From Squalus acanthias (Eukaryota), in contig CM059446.1 in the NCBI GenBank assembly GCA_030390025.1, positions 53,568,001 to 53,632,000 of the forward strand: DNA of 64,000 nucleotides. Reading direction: 5' to 3'. Below the pieces are notes generated by a model. That model was not told the origin of the DNA. It saw nothing but the letters and a program-made list of their open reading frames with translations, and ran no database searches. The position numbers and the translations under genes are program-made. How positions within the stretch are numbered: the stretch's first letter is position 1; each line of letters starts with the position of its first letter. This document shows, piece by piece, positions 40,451 through 52,268 of the stretch.

Positions 40451-40946
40451 CTATGAACACGCAAGAGGCAACTTGTGTTAAACACAGCAAAACAAAGTCA
40501 CTAGGGAGTCAAGTGGAGACATTTCAATAAACACTCTTCCTTTTTATACTCATTAACTCAGTACTGTTACTATTAACAAGAAAACAAAATGCTATGTCTG
40601 CTCGGCACAATTAAAATGATCATATTTCCCACCCAACAGGTAATCCATTCCTCAAGCCTCAGTCAGTGCTTACATATGCGAAAGCAATACCCAGGCTGGT
40701 GGTCACAGTCCTCTGTTTTTCCCTTCTCTTACTGATGAAGCACAAAGCTTCCTCTCAGCATCGATTGTCTCATTCCTAATTTCAGCCAGAGAAATATTCT
40801 GGACACAAATCTGCATCCCACCACTGTCACACAACATTGCTCTAGCATATCACAGCATTCCAACCAGCTGTAGGGCAATCTGATTTTGGAACTACACAGT
40901 ATATGTAATAGTTTTGGTATAGATTGGAATTTTACTTCATTCTTAC

Positions 40947-41056
40947 CTTGTGTATTTTTATCAGTTAAAAGACCTGCAAAGTTGGCTCTTCTGTTGGGTT
41001 CATAGCACATCCTTTCCAATATGATTCCAGTGAAAGAGACAAGCGATGCTGAGAAA
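40947..41056 (-). CDS. CTC1: CTC1 exon: FSASLVSFTGIILERMCYEPNRRANFAGLLTDKNTQ
   Basis: 110 nt, gacAG and G|GTAAGA. Resembles human DSLVSFSAEILSRTLCEP. Confidence 0.92.
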
Positions 41057-41340
41057 CTGTCAGACAATCCAAACGTTAGAAGACTCCAAGGTTAGGCTAT
41101 TATAAACTGTGTGCTTCTAAGCCAAATTCGCTGCTCTGGATTTAGTAATGTTATGCAGGTTTTTTTTTTAATTTAACTCAAAAAGAAAGTAAATTCAAAT
41201 TGATAAAATCTAAACTGAAAAATTAAGTTCATAAATTTATGAAAAAGCAAGAATAAATATATACACAAATTAACCACATTAGTACATAGCATCTTCTTCA
41301 CTTCGAATACAACTAATGCCCAATTCATAAACACATTATA

Positions 41341-41720
41341 GCAACACGGTGGCATAGTGGTTAGCACTGGTGCCTCACAGCGCCAGGGACCCGGGTTCGA
41401 ATCTGACCTCGGGTGACTGTCTGTGTGGAGTTTGCACATTCTCCCCGTGTCTGCGTGGGTTTCCTCCGGGTGCTCCGGTTTCCTCCCACAGTCCAAAAAT
41501 GTGCGGGTTAGGTTGATTTGGCTATGATAAATTGACCCTTAGTGTTAGGGGGGGATTAAATATGTGGGGGGATTTAAATACGTGGGGTTACGGGGCTAGG
41601 GTGGGATATGTGTACTGTGGGGATTAAAGCAGGGACAGGGTACTGGATTTGGATGATCAGCCATGATCGTATTGAATGGTGGAGCAGGCTCGACGGGCCG
41701 AATGGCCTACTCCTGCTCCT
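41341..41720 (+). mobile_element. HE1-type V-SINE
   Basis: A box TGGCATAGTGG, B box GGTTCGAATC, V-domain TGTGTGGAGTTTGCACATTCTCCCCGTGTCTGCGTGGGTTTCCTCCGGGTGCTCCGGTTTCCTCCCACAGTCCAAA, CR1-derived tail with (TTCTATG) repeats. Confidence 0.9.
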
Positions 41721-41799
41721 AGATTCTATGTTTCTATGTTGAACAGTAGTAAGGACAGTAGCAGAGCCAATAGGATTGGCTTGTGTCTATCTAGGAAGT

Positions 41800-42060
41800 T
41801 TAAAAAAATGTTGGCTGGGGTTCCCACTCCATTTGCTGCCCAGTGATCCTACTAGAAGTGCATATGGTGCAAGGATGGGATCGCGTTCAGGGACAGAGTT
41901 GGAATGGTCCACAGGCCAATAGCCCATTTACACTCACTAACCTAAGCATACGCATGAAGAATGGCTATCTGGGTACTGGTAACTTGTAGAACCGTACCCC
42001 AGCATGAGTCACCACCATCAGGAGAGGAGGGACAAACAGATAATCAAAGGGAAAGTTGGG
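41800..42060 (+). mobile_element. SINE-like family A, 3' part
   Basis: CATGAAGAATGGC..GAACCGTACCCCAGCATGAGTC..CAGGAGAGGAGGG. Confidence 0.6.
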
Positions 42061-42108
42061 GCAGCAAAAGATAGTTTTCAATATGTATGAGTGTATTTCT
42101 GTGCTTAC

Positions 42109-42203
42109 CTGCTAGAGAGTACTTTTTGAATAGAGCTTGGCTGAGGTATTTCTGAAGCCAATTGTTCAAGGTAAGCAGGCACATTTATCCGATTTTCAGA
42201 AAG
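42109..42203 (-). CDS. CTC1: CTC1 exon: LSENRINVPAYLEQLASEIPQPSSIQKVLSS
   Basis: 95 nt, tttcAG and AG|GTAAGC. Phase bridges the flanking exons exactly. Confidence 0.88.
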
Positions 42204-42681
42204 CTGAAATCAAAACAATTTTATTAGAAAGAAAAACTGATGCAGAACTACAGCTTAATGACAAAGACATTAAAAGAAATCATGACCCAAGATCAAGAAA
42301 CATAATGTAATATTCAAAATCAATGACAATCATGGAAGCTATCTTATCCCCATCAGAATAATTATAAACTGAAATAGAGTGGCTCTTTTATTTCCCAATG
42401 TCAAAGCAATCTTGTCCCACTTGCCTTTATTATCTGTTATGGCCAGTCACATTAACTGGGATCTTTAAACTATCAAGGTGGATTCCACAGTACTGTAACA
42501 ATGCACAATTACCATTCTATATTACACATAACTACACCCTTCACTTTACATAACTCCCACATACTAATGCTTCAGAAATCATTTTAAACAAATCATTGAA
42601 ATCTTTGAATGACACGATTAATGTTACAATGGAAACCTGATTTATCTCTACTCTTCCTTGATTTCTAAAGTACTGGCCTAC

Positions 42682-42825
42682 CTGGGACTGGTGTAAACAG
42701 GATAGAGTGGAAATATACTGCAATTTCCAGTCAGGCTGAACAACAAGGCAGAGTGGACAATTCAAACTCTGTAGGGTCTTCCGTGGAATGGAGGGAGAAG
42801 AGTGTCGTTCAAAAACAGATGTGTC
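42682..42825 (-). CDS. CTC1: CTC1 exon: DTSVFERHSSPSIPRKTLQSLNCPLCLVVQPDWKLQYISTLSCLHQSQ
   Basis: 144 nt, atccAG and CAG|GTAGGC. Resembles human CASCLTVQDNWTL. Confidence 0.92.
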
Positions 42826-43105
42826 CTGGATAAAGAAGGGAAAGTCTGTAAATATTCCAAACTAAGTAAAACAAGAAATATTTTCAGCTTTTTTTGAGTG
42901 ATAACTGAACATAATCAGCTTCTCTGAACCATTTAGTTTTGCAAAATAGAATCAGAATGCAATGCATCATAATTCATGTGATCTCTTTCCCTTCTTTATA
43001 AACAACAGAAACTACAATATGCGGACTTTTAAATTTTGCCACAATTGAGATGTTTGCTTCCCAGGCTCAAATATTTCTAACAAAAGCAGCTTTTGGTTCT
43101 CTTAC

Positions 43106-43195
43106 CAGCTGTTTGGATCCAATCAGTCTGTACACGCCCCCCAGGCTTATCAGATGGTACCACTGCACGGCTTTACCCATGAAATCCAACTGCAC
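43106..43195 (-). CDS. CTC1: CTC1 exon: VQLDFMGKAVQWYHLISLGGVYRLIGSKQL
   Basis: 90 nt, phase 0/0, ttccAG and GTAAGA. Resembles human [25 protein letters not shown]. Confidence 0.93.
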
Positions 43196-44472
43196 CTGGA
43201 ATGACATCATGAGAAAAATTACTACATGTAACCCGTTCAGCCTCTTCCTAATGGGTATAAATATACCAGAACAAAGTTATTGAGCCAATTACTCCAGAGT
43301 TCTGTATTATCCAGTTTATCATCTCACCCAAGCAAAATCAAGATTACTGCAGTAGATTTAAAAATAAAAATTATCAAGAGAACTACAGTTTCAGGAGCAG
43401 CCATTTGAAAATGTTCTGTTTTTCACATGACAGAATGCAAGCAATAAGGAGAAAAATTATGACAAGAGATCCCTGAGAAACAGACAAAACAGGAAGAAAC
43501 AAAGATTAACACAAAGATATTTGAACATATAATAAAATACTGATCTGAACTATTCATGTCTAAGCGTAGAGGGGGTTGAGCTGTATTGACTGCTCTCAAG
43601 ACTGCTGGGAAGAGAATCAAAGATTGCACTTTGTTCTGTTTAACAAGGATCTTTCAGTATTTATAGTTGTTCTTATTGCCTGTGTATGCAATCATGTGTT
43701 AGCACCTTCAGAACAGCAGGAGAGGAAAGGGGAGAAAATTGGCAAAAGAAAAAGCCATAAAGGGGTAAATGATCCTAGTATGGTTAAGCCTTTGAATTTT
43801 AAGGTTAACCCCATTCCTAAACCTCAAAAAGGTGAATTCCAAATTCTGGATAAAACTTGGCTTCAACATTGGCATACTGGAGTTCTGGTGTGGCATACAC
43901 AGCAGCTGTCCTGTTTGATGCAAAAAGTATCTTCTACATATGCTGATGGGCAGCATCAACATACAGCGCATCTTCAAATGCCCGAGTCAGGTACAAATGG
44001 CAGAACTAAGTTTTACAAAAGAGGAAGTACTGAGGATGTAGCTAAAGTCAACTCCTTTCAGAATTAAACTTTGTAAAGACAGCTGTTAAGCATTTAAGTA
44101 TATTTGTACCATCCAAAATTATTTTGCTGATTAAACCCGATCAAAACCAAAGCTTTCTGATCACAAATTTTATGTTGGATCCAAAAATGCACAGTTTGCT
44201 TGCAGCCAATTTTGTCCAATTTGTATGACACAAATTCATGAAAAAAATTAAACCCAAGAATGAGGAGCTCTAATCATGGACAATCCATAAAGATGAAACC
44301 TTTAATGAAGTAGCCATCACACCACCTTCTGTAAAGCACTCCAGTTAATCAGCCTCGGTTTTGTTGATCCTCGGGCAAGGCAACAAAGAAAATCAGTTTG
44401 GAACATGTGGATCCAATAAACTGGTCCTCTTGAAAACGTACAGCATATTTCAGTTCCACAGGCAAAGCAAAA

Positions 44473-44546
44473 TGTTTTAATTTTAGGGAGTCAGGTGATG
44501 CAGTGATCAAAGTTAATACATCACCTGACTCCCTAAAATTAAAACA
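44473..44546. repeat. Perfect inverted repeat, 28-bp arms, 18-nt spacer
   Basis: TGTTTTAATTTTAGGGAGTCAGGTGATG (44473-44500) is the exact reverse complement of 44519-44546. Confidence 0.95.
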
Positions 44547-47500
44547 GTAGCATTTTTCAGAAACTGCCTACAGGCTCGATTATCTATGCTTCTACCAAAT
44601 ATGTACCTAAATCATGGAAATCAACCTCAAATAACCCTTAGCCGTGCTGATGACAATATTTGAAGGATTCCGGGTATGTGGCAAGATTTCTTTCCATAAA
44701 CCCCACTCGACAATAAACAATTGAAATAACCTTCAGACTGCAGTTCATTTATCAAATACACTTATGGTATCCATAGAAACAAGCAGAACTTTCCTCTTCA
44801 CACTTCAGTTTTTGCATCTTTCCTGGCAAAGCATAGTCAGTTCTAAACTTATGCACTTCTCAAACAATTAACTACAGGTAAAGACCTGTCTGACATTACT
44901 TTAGTAATAATTTAATTTACTAAAACAGAACTGCATTTTGGCCATCAACCATCTTGGGCTAATTTGTTTGGGGCGGGGGGGGGGGGTGAGGAAAGGGGAG
45001 AGAGAAACAAGAAACAGTTCTCTCCAAAACTAGTGACTTTTTCTAACAAAAAAAAGAAACTTCAGCAACCAAACACCAGCCACTATTTGCGCAATGGGAA
45101 TAGGAAATTTTAGTTGTGGTAAGTAAATGCCAGTCACGTATACAGCAATAGAATGTTGCAACATTTCAAATAGATTACATATAACTTGAGTATAACCAAA
45201 AATAGTAAAACCATACCGCAGGTTCAGTATGTTAAGGAAAGATTTAGCTTCTCTCACCCCACCCGCCATATACAAGTAAACCATTGGTTGTATTGTTAGC
45301 ATTAGTGGCACTAATTTCCCATAAATTTGCATTCAAAAATGTTGTTAAAATTAACAGCCACATTTAGTGGTGCTGTCGGAGGTTTAAAAGCTGGCAGGAG
45401 TAATGGAAGTTAAGCACCCCAATGAGAAAACGTACTGATGGAAAAAAGACCCTGCCACTATTCTCAAGAGATAAACAGACACCTTGGGGGAGGGATACGC
45501 AATTCATAAATCAACCTTTCCACGCAAGAATTTCAGAAATTATCCAAATTCCTCGAGTGAATTCTCAATCGTTGTTGATTTGCCAATATTAGTTTTTCCC
45601 TACCTTCAGAACCTGTAAACCCACGATTAAAGTCATGGTACAACACTATTGTTTGTTACCAAATCCCTAGGTATGGTAAACCTTTTTTTTTGGAAGAGAC
45701 TGGGCAACTACACTAGTATTAAAATTAGATTATACAGTCAGCCATAAAACACCCTGTACTGGAGACATGAAACCTTCTCTACAACATATATGTGGGTGAG
45801 AAATTAGGATCACATTCTGTTTTTTTAATAATTACAAAAACAATGGATTTCGGATTATAAGCATTAACAGATGCTGAGGTATTCACAACCACAATTTGGT
45901 GGCTTCGCTAATACCGTATAATTGTTTAGCTTCGAATGTCTTCAGATGAGACGGCATTGACTATTTCACCAATCAAGAATTCAGTTTTGGCTACCAACCA
46001 CAAGAAATTGTTCAAAAGACAATCAGTTAAACGTAACAAATATGCTCCCACACATACACGGTTTGTCAAAGATACCCTTAGCACTCATTCTACTTAACGT
46101 GAGAAATGTTTACTTAGACATAGTGTTAACCACGTATCCCAGTGTAACACTTGTCAAGAGACACATTGCCAGCCATTTTACTTGGTGATTTTTTTCTATT
46201 TGTTGGAACCGACTGTATAAACTGCCCATCTGTTGCTGCTATGTATATTTTAACTCCACTGATATTTTGCTACGATTGCATGTTTATTCATTTTTACTAA
46301 TAAATCAAAAATAGCTCATTATACTTCAAAAATTAAGTTGCATTTTCAGTTCAAGTCCGTCTTGAAGGACAACTTTAACAGTACGTTAATGCATCACAAC
46401 ATTTTGTCCTACAATGCAACATAGATATATTTTTCCAGGATTACAATTTACAGACTTGGTCAGTTGCAAAATTCACATTAGCTAAAAAAAACGCACCAGT
46501 TGGAGAAACTTATATTTACAAAAATGCTAAATGCTCAATGTCAATCCACGATATGCCATTTCTAAATGTAGTTATCACGTTACTGTTGCTCTATAAAATG
46601 TGAAAAGCTACGCTAAATTGAATGCCACTGCCGCCAGATAATATTGTTTGGAAGACATCTTTTTCCATTGTTTTCTGGTGACAGCATGCAACAGAAAGTG
46701 TGCCGTGTTAAGAGTCACTGCATTGTTTGTGTACATCCTCATGGTGGAAATGACAGTCAGCTGTCTGCCTCTTCTCCCTCCTCACAGAAAAAAAGCGCCT
46801 TGAACTTCAAGGAGAAATTGTGAGTGACTAGCGTTATAAAAAATGCAATACAAATAACATTAGGAAATCCACCTGTATCAACAAGTCAGTAATCTCATTT
46901 ATGAAGGTTTCAATTTATTTGTTGCTCAGGAATGTTAAAGAAAAAGGTTTAAAGCATGCCGAATAGGAACTGCGTTCAGAACTACCACAAGTCCATAATT
47001 ATCTCAGATTGATGCAAGAGGCCAAGCAAAAGAAATAAACTCTAAACTTGTCTTCCAGTGCACCAAATTCGCTGTTTTTACCGACTTATTCAAATATCTT
47101 GAATTTAAACCTGTATGTGAACATAGGATCATTAACATTCCCAATAAAAGTGATAAGTAAATTCCCAAAACAACTGCAAACCTCAAGTATTAAGATACTT
47201 TAATAAAATGATTATGTGCAAAAGCTGTGACAAATTTATGTTGGTCACTCCTTACTCTGACTGCTCCACTAATGTCAGGGGTTGACTCTCAGCCATCACA
47301 TGTATTAAACTGCATTAGGTGGGACATTTCAAACAAAAAGAAAGCCGCATCATTTTGCCAGTAAAATAAGCTGTTGGTTCAAGATTATTTAACTTTCAAA
47401 AGCTGCATTTTAAACAATAATGGGCATTTGCTGAGAAAATGTGTACACAATTCAAGGTTTACTGGAAGCAATATTTCCGTACCGACGGTAAAGGCAAAAT

Positions 47501-47734
47501 AATGAGCACTGTTTTTCCATCTTTGATTTCCCCGAGAATGCAAGAGTTAATTTTGCACCCTTTTACTGTGGAACTCACCAAACGAACAATGAAGGCACAC
47601 GTTAGACAGACTGCAGTTGTTACCAGAAGCTTAACCTAAGAAGCTTCTAGCACAAATATACAAGTAAATATGACCATTCTATGCTACTGTAGCTTTCCCC
47701 ACCCTCTACCTATACAAGTGGAGGCATGAATTTG

Positions 47735-47830
47735 CACTAAAATGGCGCTTCCTCAAAGCTCGTCGTCTTCACTGTAAAGACTAGGTGAAGCTGTGCCTAC
47801 TTCCGGGCACCTATAAAGTGGCGGGAAATG
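47735..47830. promoter_or_regulatory. Second intronic promoter-like cluster inside CTC1
   Basis: YY1 AAAATGGCGC 47739-47748, ETS ACTTCCGG 47799-47806, TATAAA 47812-47817, E2F GGCGGGAAA 47820-47828. Confidence 0.5.
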
Positions 47831-49909
47831 TCACACACACCACATGAAAGTAATTCCCCCCAAAGATATCAAAGTGATCAAACACAAATATTTTTCTCAA
47901 CATTATTGATCCAATAATCCTGATCTATGCACTCTGATCTCGTAAATTCAACCAGGACAAACTAAGTACTCGTTTCAACATTTACCAACAGATAAAACTC
48001 AATTCCGATTTTTTAAAAAAATTGAGAAAGTGGATCACAAAAATATGTGTAAGTCATTGAAGGTTAATTGTAATTTGCATTTTCTGCTAGAGCTTCGATT
48101 TTTAAACAAAATGGTGATAATTTTAAAAATCTGGCTGAAATAAACATGTATAATTAAAGGTTTGTTGATACGTAAAATGACAACCAAGGATATTCACAAA
48201 ATGTAATTCAATGCAAAAGGATTTGATGCATTAAGATAAAAATATGTAGGAGATTTTAATTTTGCTCAGTTCACAAAATACTGCAAGGAAAAAAAATGTT
48301 TTGTACAGCTGCAGTCCTGACTTATTCACCCATGGAATTTTACAAAATGTTATTTTTGAACTATATCACTATAAAATGTATTTTTAATGTTTCAAAATAT
48401 CAATGTTTCAAAAAAAGACTGCACCTTTACTGTTGCACAATGACTAATTTTGGTGTTTCACATTACCCATACTTTCCTCACACCATTGTAAGTTTACACG
48501 GTGAAAAAGGTAACTTTCAAACTTGGAAAATTAATCAGCCCATTATGACCAGCAAAACGAGTGTTAATCTGGTGAACCTAAACTTCCCTGTAAAGATAAA
48601 AGTGATCAGCACAATAAACTGAAACTGCAACTCTTTCAAAAAAGTAAAAGTAAAATCGCAAGAGAAGCGTTTGTGTCCAGTTGGTATTAGTATGTATTTG
48701 ATGAGGAATATCTTAATGCCTTTAAAGAGATTCTGAAGTGAGTTCTTGAAGCTATCAATAAATATTCACACATTCGGCTAACAGTTGCACATTTACCCTT
48801 ATTCTTGGTATTTACATTGATTCAGAAATGAAGTAGTCAATCCAAATTTGAAAAACACCAAGAACTCTGGCATAGAGAACATTATTTTTAATGAACAGTT
48901 TTCCGTAATATTCTGTTTCCACTTTACTGCCACAGCTCTTGTACATATCCAATCAGACTTAATTGTAAACAATTCCTCAGACTTAAGCTGGGGTGTTTAG
49001 GCATAAAAAGATTTTTATACTGTAACAGTGGACAATGCAGCTGAAATTTGTAACTTGTCAGGATAGTTTCTGGTTGCTAAAGATGATTTTCAAACATTTT
49101 TACTGTACCTCAGATCAGCAGCTTCAGTTTTATAAAAACTTTACAAGGCAAAACTGAAAATTTGCAGGATCAAGGAATGAAAAATGAAATTAATTTTCAG
49201 TAATAAAAAAGCCAACCACAAATTATATAGGGTAGTTAAGATGGCTGAAAAATGACCCCCCACCAACAAAAAAGACACAAGTTTAATGCAAAATTATTAC
49301 AGCAAAATCCATAAAGGGTTGAATTAATCACGTGACCTCCTCAGCACAAAGAGTTAACAAAGCCAACACCCAAACAAAGAAAGCTTTTTGATAAGTCATG
49401 GATCACTTCAGATTTACTTGTATTCAGTAAACAACTTAAATCGATCACAACCTAAGCCAACACTTGCTCACAACTATAACCTTGTAAACTAATACTCTGA
49501 AGGTCGTTACTTATATAAAAACACAAGCATTCCTCTATTATTAACCTGGTGCAGCATATTGTACCCATCAGTCGTTTGATCAAGATCATTAGTTATCCGG
49601 AGACTTGACCTTTGTCCACAATTTTACATTGAGCAGTTCTGCAAGACCAAAAAAATTAAATGTGAGCTTTTTTGGGGGAAAAAAGTACCTAAAGGGTTAA
49701 TGTTGCAGTTTATTTTTGATTTAGGGAATTTATCCAAATAAGGGTTGCAATCTGCCATCAGAAGTTTGTGTCAAATTCACTTCCATTTTTGAGAGATTAG
49801 AACACAGTGCAGTATGTAACAGGCATAGCTGCTATAATTAGGGAGCTCTAATTGTACTGCATCACAGCACTAGTTTTCAAGGACAAAGTTCAATTAAAAC
49901 AGTACTTAC

Positions 49910-50597
49910 TTGTGTATAGTTGTTGTATTCAGAACAAAGAGAGGGGTCTGCTTCCAGCTCTGGCAATCCCTCGATTTTTCCTTCATCTTCCCACTGTCTG
50001 GGACTTCCTATCTTGAGTGCAGAAGCCTGGAAAGCCAGTCCCAGCCCGGTTCTAGCTCTCTTGGTGAAAGCCTCTCCAGAGCCATTAGTATGCTCACAGC
50101 CTTCGTTTCTGCCATATTGACAGTTCCTCAGCATCAAGGCATCTTTGTGAGTTACGAGTATTAACTGAGTAACACAGCCGACATTGCGGGTCTTCTCTTT
50201 TCTCTTGCCTCTGCATACTGTCGAATGTCCGGTGGATGTACCTGCGCCTTCCAGCTGCCGTTTCTCGCTCTGGGAGCCCGCTGCTTCTCTGTCGGTCCAT
50301 AATGGGTGTGAACAGACAGTTCTTCTACTTTCACCAACATGGCCTTCTTGCAGCACAACTTCCTCCAGCCGAGGCATTTTGGGAAGGGAAGGGCCAGCTT
50401 GGTGCTGATTGGATGTGATGCTGTTGACCTCATCGTTTTTGCATGCCTGACTGCAGCTGCTGCGAACGGCAGCTCTTGCACTGGTCGACGCGGTGGTCGG
50501 CAGTGCAGGGATGAGCAGGGGAGCTGGGCTTGGGCTTGTGGAAGCCGCACGCCTTTTGAGCACTTGTAGGTCACCCACACAAAACTGTGCATAGATC
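49910..50597 (-). CDS. CTC1: CTC1 large coding exon: RIYAQFCVGDLQVLK...QLILVTHKDALMLRN...YTQ
   Basis: ttttaacAG acceptor, CAA|GTAAGT donor, 688 nt open (ORF-track 49877..50578). Ends match human RVYVQFFLAD and RLFLLCHKEALMKRN (recalled). Confidence 0.92.
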
Positions 50598-50649
50598 CTG
50601 TTAAAACAAGCAGATTAAAAAATCCAATTACAAATTAAGTGTACTCAGT

Positions 50650-50686
50650 GAGAGAGAGAGAGAGAGAGTGTGTGTGTGTGCACACA
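50650..50686. repeat. Compound (GA)n(GT)n microsatellite
   Basis: Seen directly, ~50 nt upstream of the large-exon acceptor. Confidence 0.9.
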
Positions 50687-50699
50687 TTATTTGCATTGC

Positions 50700-50900
50700 A
50701 GTGAGCTCACAGCGCTCAGGTTAAAATGGAGCAGTAGCAACAACAAAGCGAAGCTGTAGCTGAAAGCCGAGAGTTCTCAGTAACCACAAAAACATCTGCT
50801 GCAGTGAGCTACCCCGCCCTCTACGCTTGCAGCCCGGACCAATCACATTGCCCAGCAAATCCCCAAGGGCTGGTAAATGACGTGCATTGCAGATAATAGC
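50700..50900 (-). promoter_or_regulatory. Intronic promoter-like cluster inside CTC1
   Basis: GC box CCCCGCCC 50812-50819, CCAAT 50839-50843, TGACGT 50878-50883, CpG-rich. Confidence 0.5.
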
Positions 50901-51659
50901 CACTAAATGTGCCCTCGTTGCAAAGCAAACAAACCCAGCAAGGACATTCGAACGTTTCTCCATCCTGCAGCTTTTACATAGCATAGAAGATTTTTCAGTG
51001 AAAAATTATACTCCAGATTCTAGCCCGAATTACAAAATCTCTCAATGTTCACCTCAAACTACAAATGAAGCATTCGCTTTCAACTCGAATGCTGCAACGC
51101 ATACAACTGCTGATTCCCTTCCCAAATCCTTTCCCATCATGCCCGACAGAAGACAACAAGCCCTGCCACGTCGACGGGCTGGAATGGAAAAATACTGCAG
51201 AGCCTCTCTTAAAGGGAAACAAAACCCTGTACATGCTCGTTTTGCCATGTTTTTTTTTGTGGGGGTTGGGGGAAGAGTCAGTTTCACTTCAAGTGCACTG
51301 TTTATTCTGACTAGAATCCTGTTTTAATTTCACTTTTGCATTAAAAGAAAACTACAAATACCCATATGAACCCTGTTAAATATATAACCAGTTTGACCAG
51401 TACCTTTTCACCAGGACTTATGTGCAATGGCAGTGCATGGGGTACAGTGTAATTATATAACTGGATCAGGTATACATTAAATCAGACTCAACTATGCGAC
51501 AAACTCGTTTCAACTGCTGAAATCATTTTTTTTTTTAAATCATCTTAAAAAAAACTTACTCTAGCATTCACACATGCATGTAAATAATCAATTTTCTAGA
51601 ATTATTCAAGCAGACAGATATGGTAAATAGATTTCTCGAAACAGTAGTTAATTTTTAGT

Positions 51660-52000
51660 TCCTAATTGTTCTGCCTCCTCTCTGGAAAGTGTAGTTCATT
51701 CTGTGGTAAGGTACAGAATTATGTAGGTGCCAGCAATTTTCCAGGCACTTAAGCGATCATTCTTCATGGAAGTGAATGGTGAAGGTTGCTGGGCTATTTG
51801 ACAGCGAGTAGGCTATTCAACCACAAGGAACATCAACGTTGAGAGCTCGATCCTGTGCTCACTGGGGATCCCATGTGCACTTCCAAGCAGAATGAACCGA
51901 TCCATCAATCACTCAGGTGGGGAGCCCTGGCTGACCCCAATTCTCAGCCGAGACATGCTGAGGCCAACTGCTGCGCCCCACCATCGGTGAAATGAGCCAA
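51660..52000 (-). mobile_element. SINE-like family A
   Basis: Reverse-complement similarity to the 41800-42060 and 1010-1370 copies. Confidence 0.55.
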
Positions 52001-52084
52001 CGCAGCTGATAAAGGGTCTCACCAAAATGTCAGCCTTTTTCTTTCAGATGGTGGTTGACCAGCTGCGTATTTCTGGCACTTTCA

Positions 52085-52268
52085 CTAAAACAGATGAGCT
52101 GGCCATTATCACATTGCTGTTTGTGGGAGCTTGAGGTGTGCAAATTGGCTGCCGCATTACACTACATTACAACAGTGACTACACTTCAAAAGTACTTCAT
52201 CCGCTGTAAAGCGCTTTGGGACGTCCCGAGGTCGTGAAAGGCGCTATATACATACAAGTTCTTGCTTC
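52085..52268 (+). mobile_element. DeuSINE 3' fragment, well preserved
   Basis: Tail GTAAAGCGCTTTGGGACGTCCCGAGGTCGTGAAAGGCGCTATA. Confidence 0.8.

Noticed and set aside
44805-44820. TCAGTTTTTGCAT resembling the miR-19 reverse complement
   Set aside because: The seed region does not match and no precursor hairpin is present.
43200-49900. MALAT1/NEAT1-like lncRNA hypothesis for the repeat-free intron
   Set aside because: I found no U-rich/A-rich triple-helix motif pair or mascRNA-like tRNA fold on either strand. The GCGCCATTTTAG resemblance is just a generic YY1 site.
50161-50592. 143-aa overlapping alternative-frame ORF in the large CTC1 exon
   Set aside because: Expected by chance in GC-rich coding sequence; no recognisable protein features.
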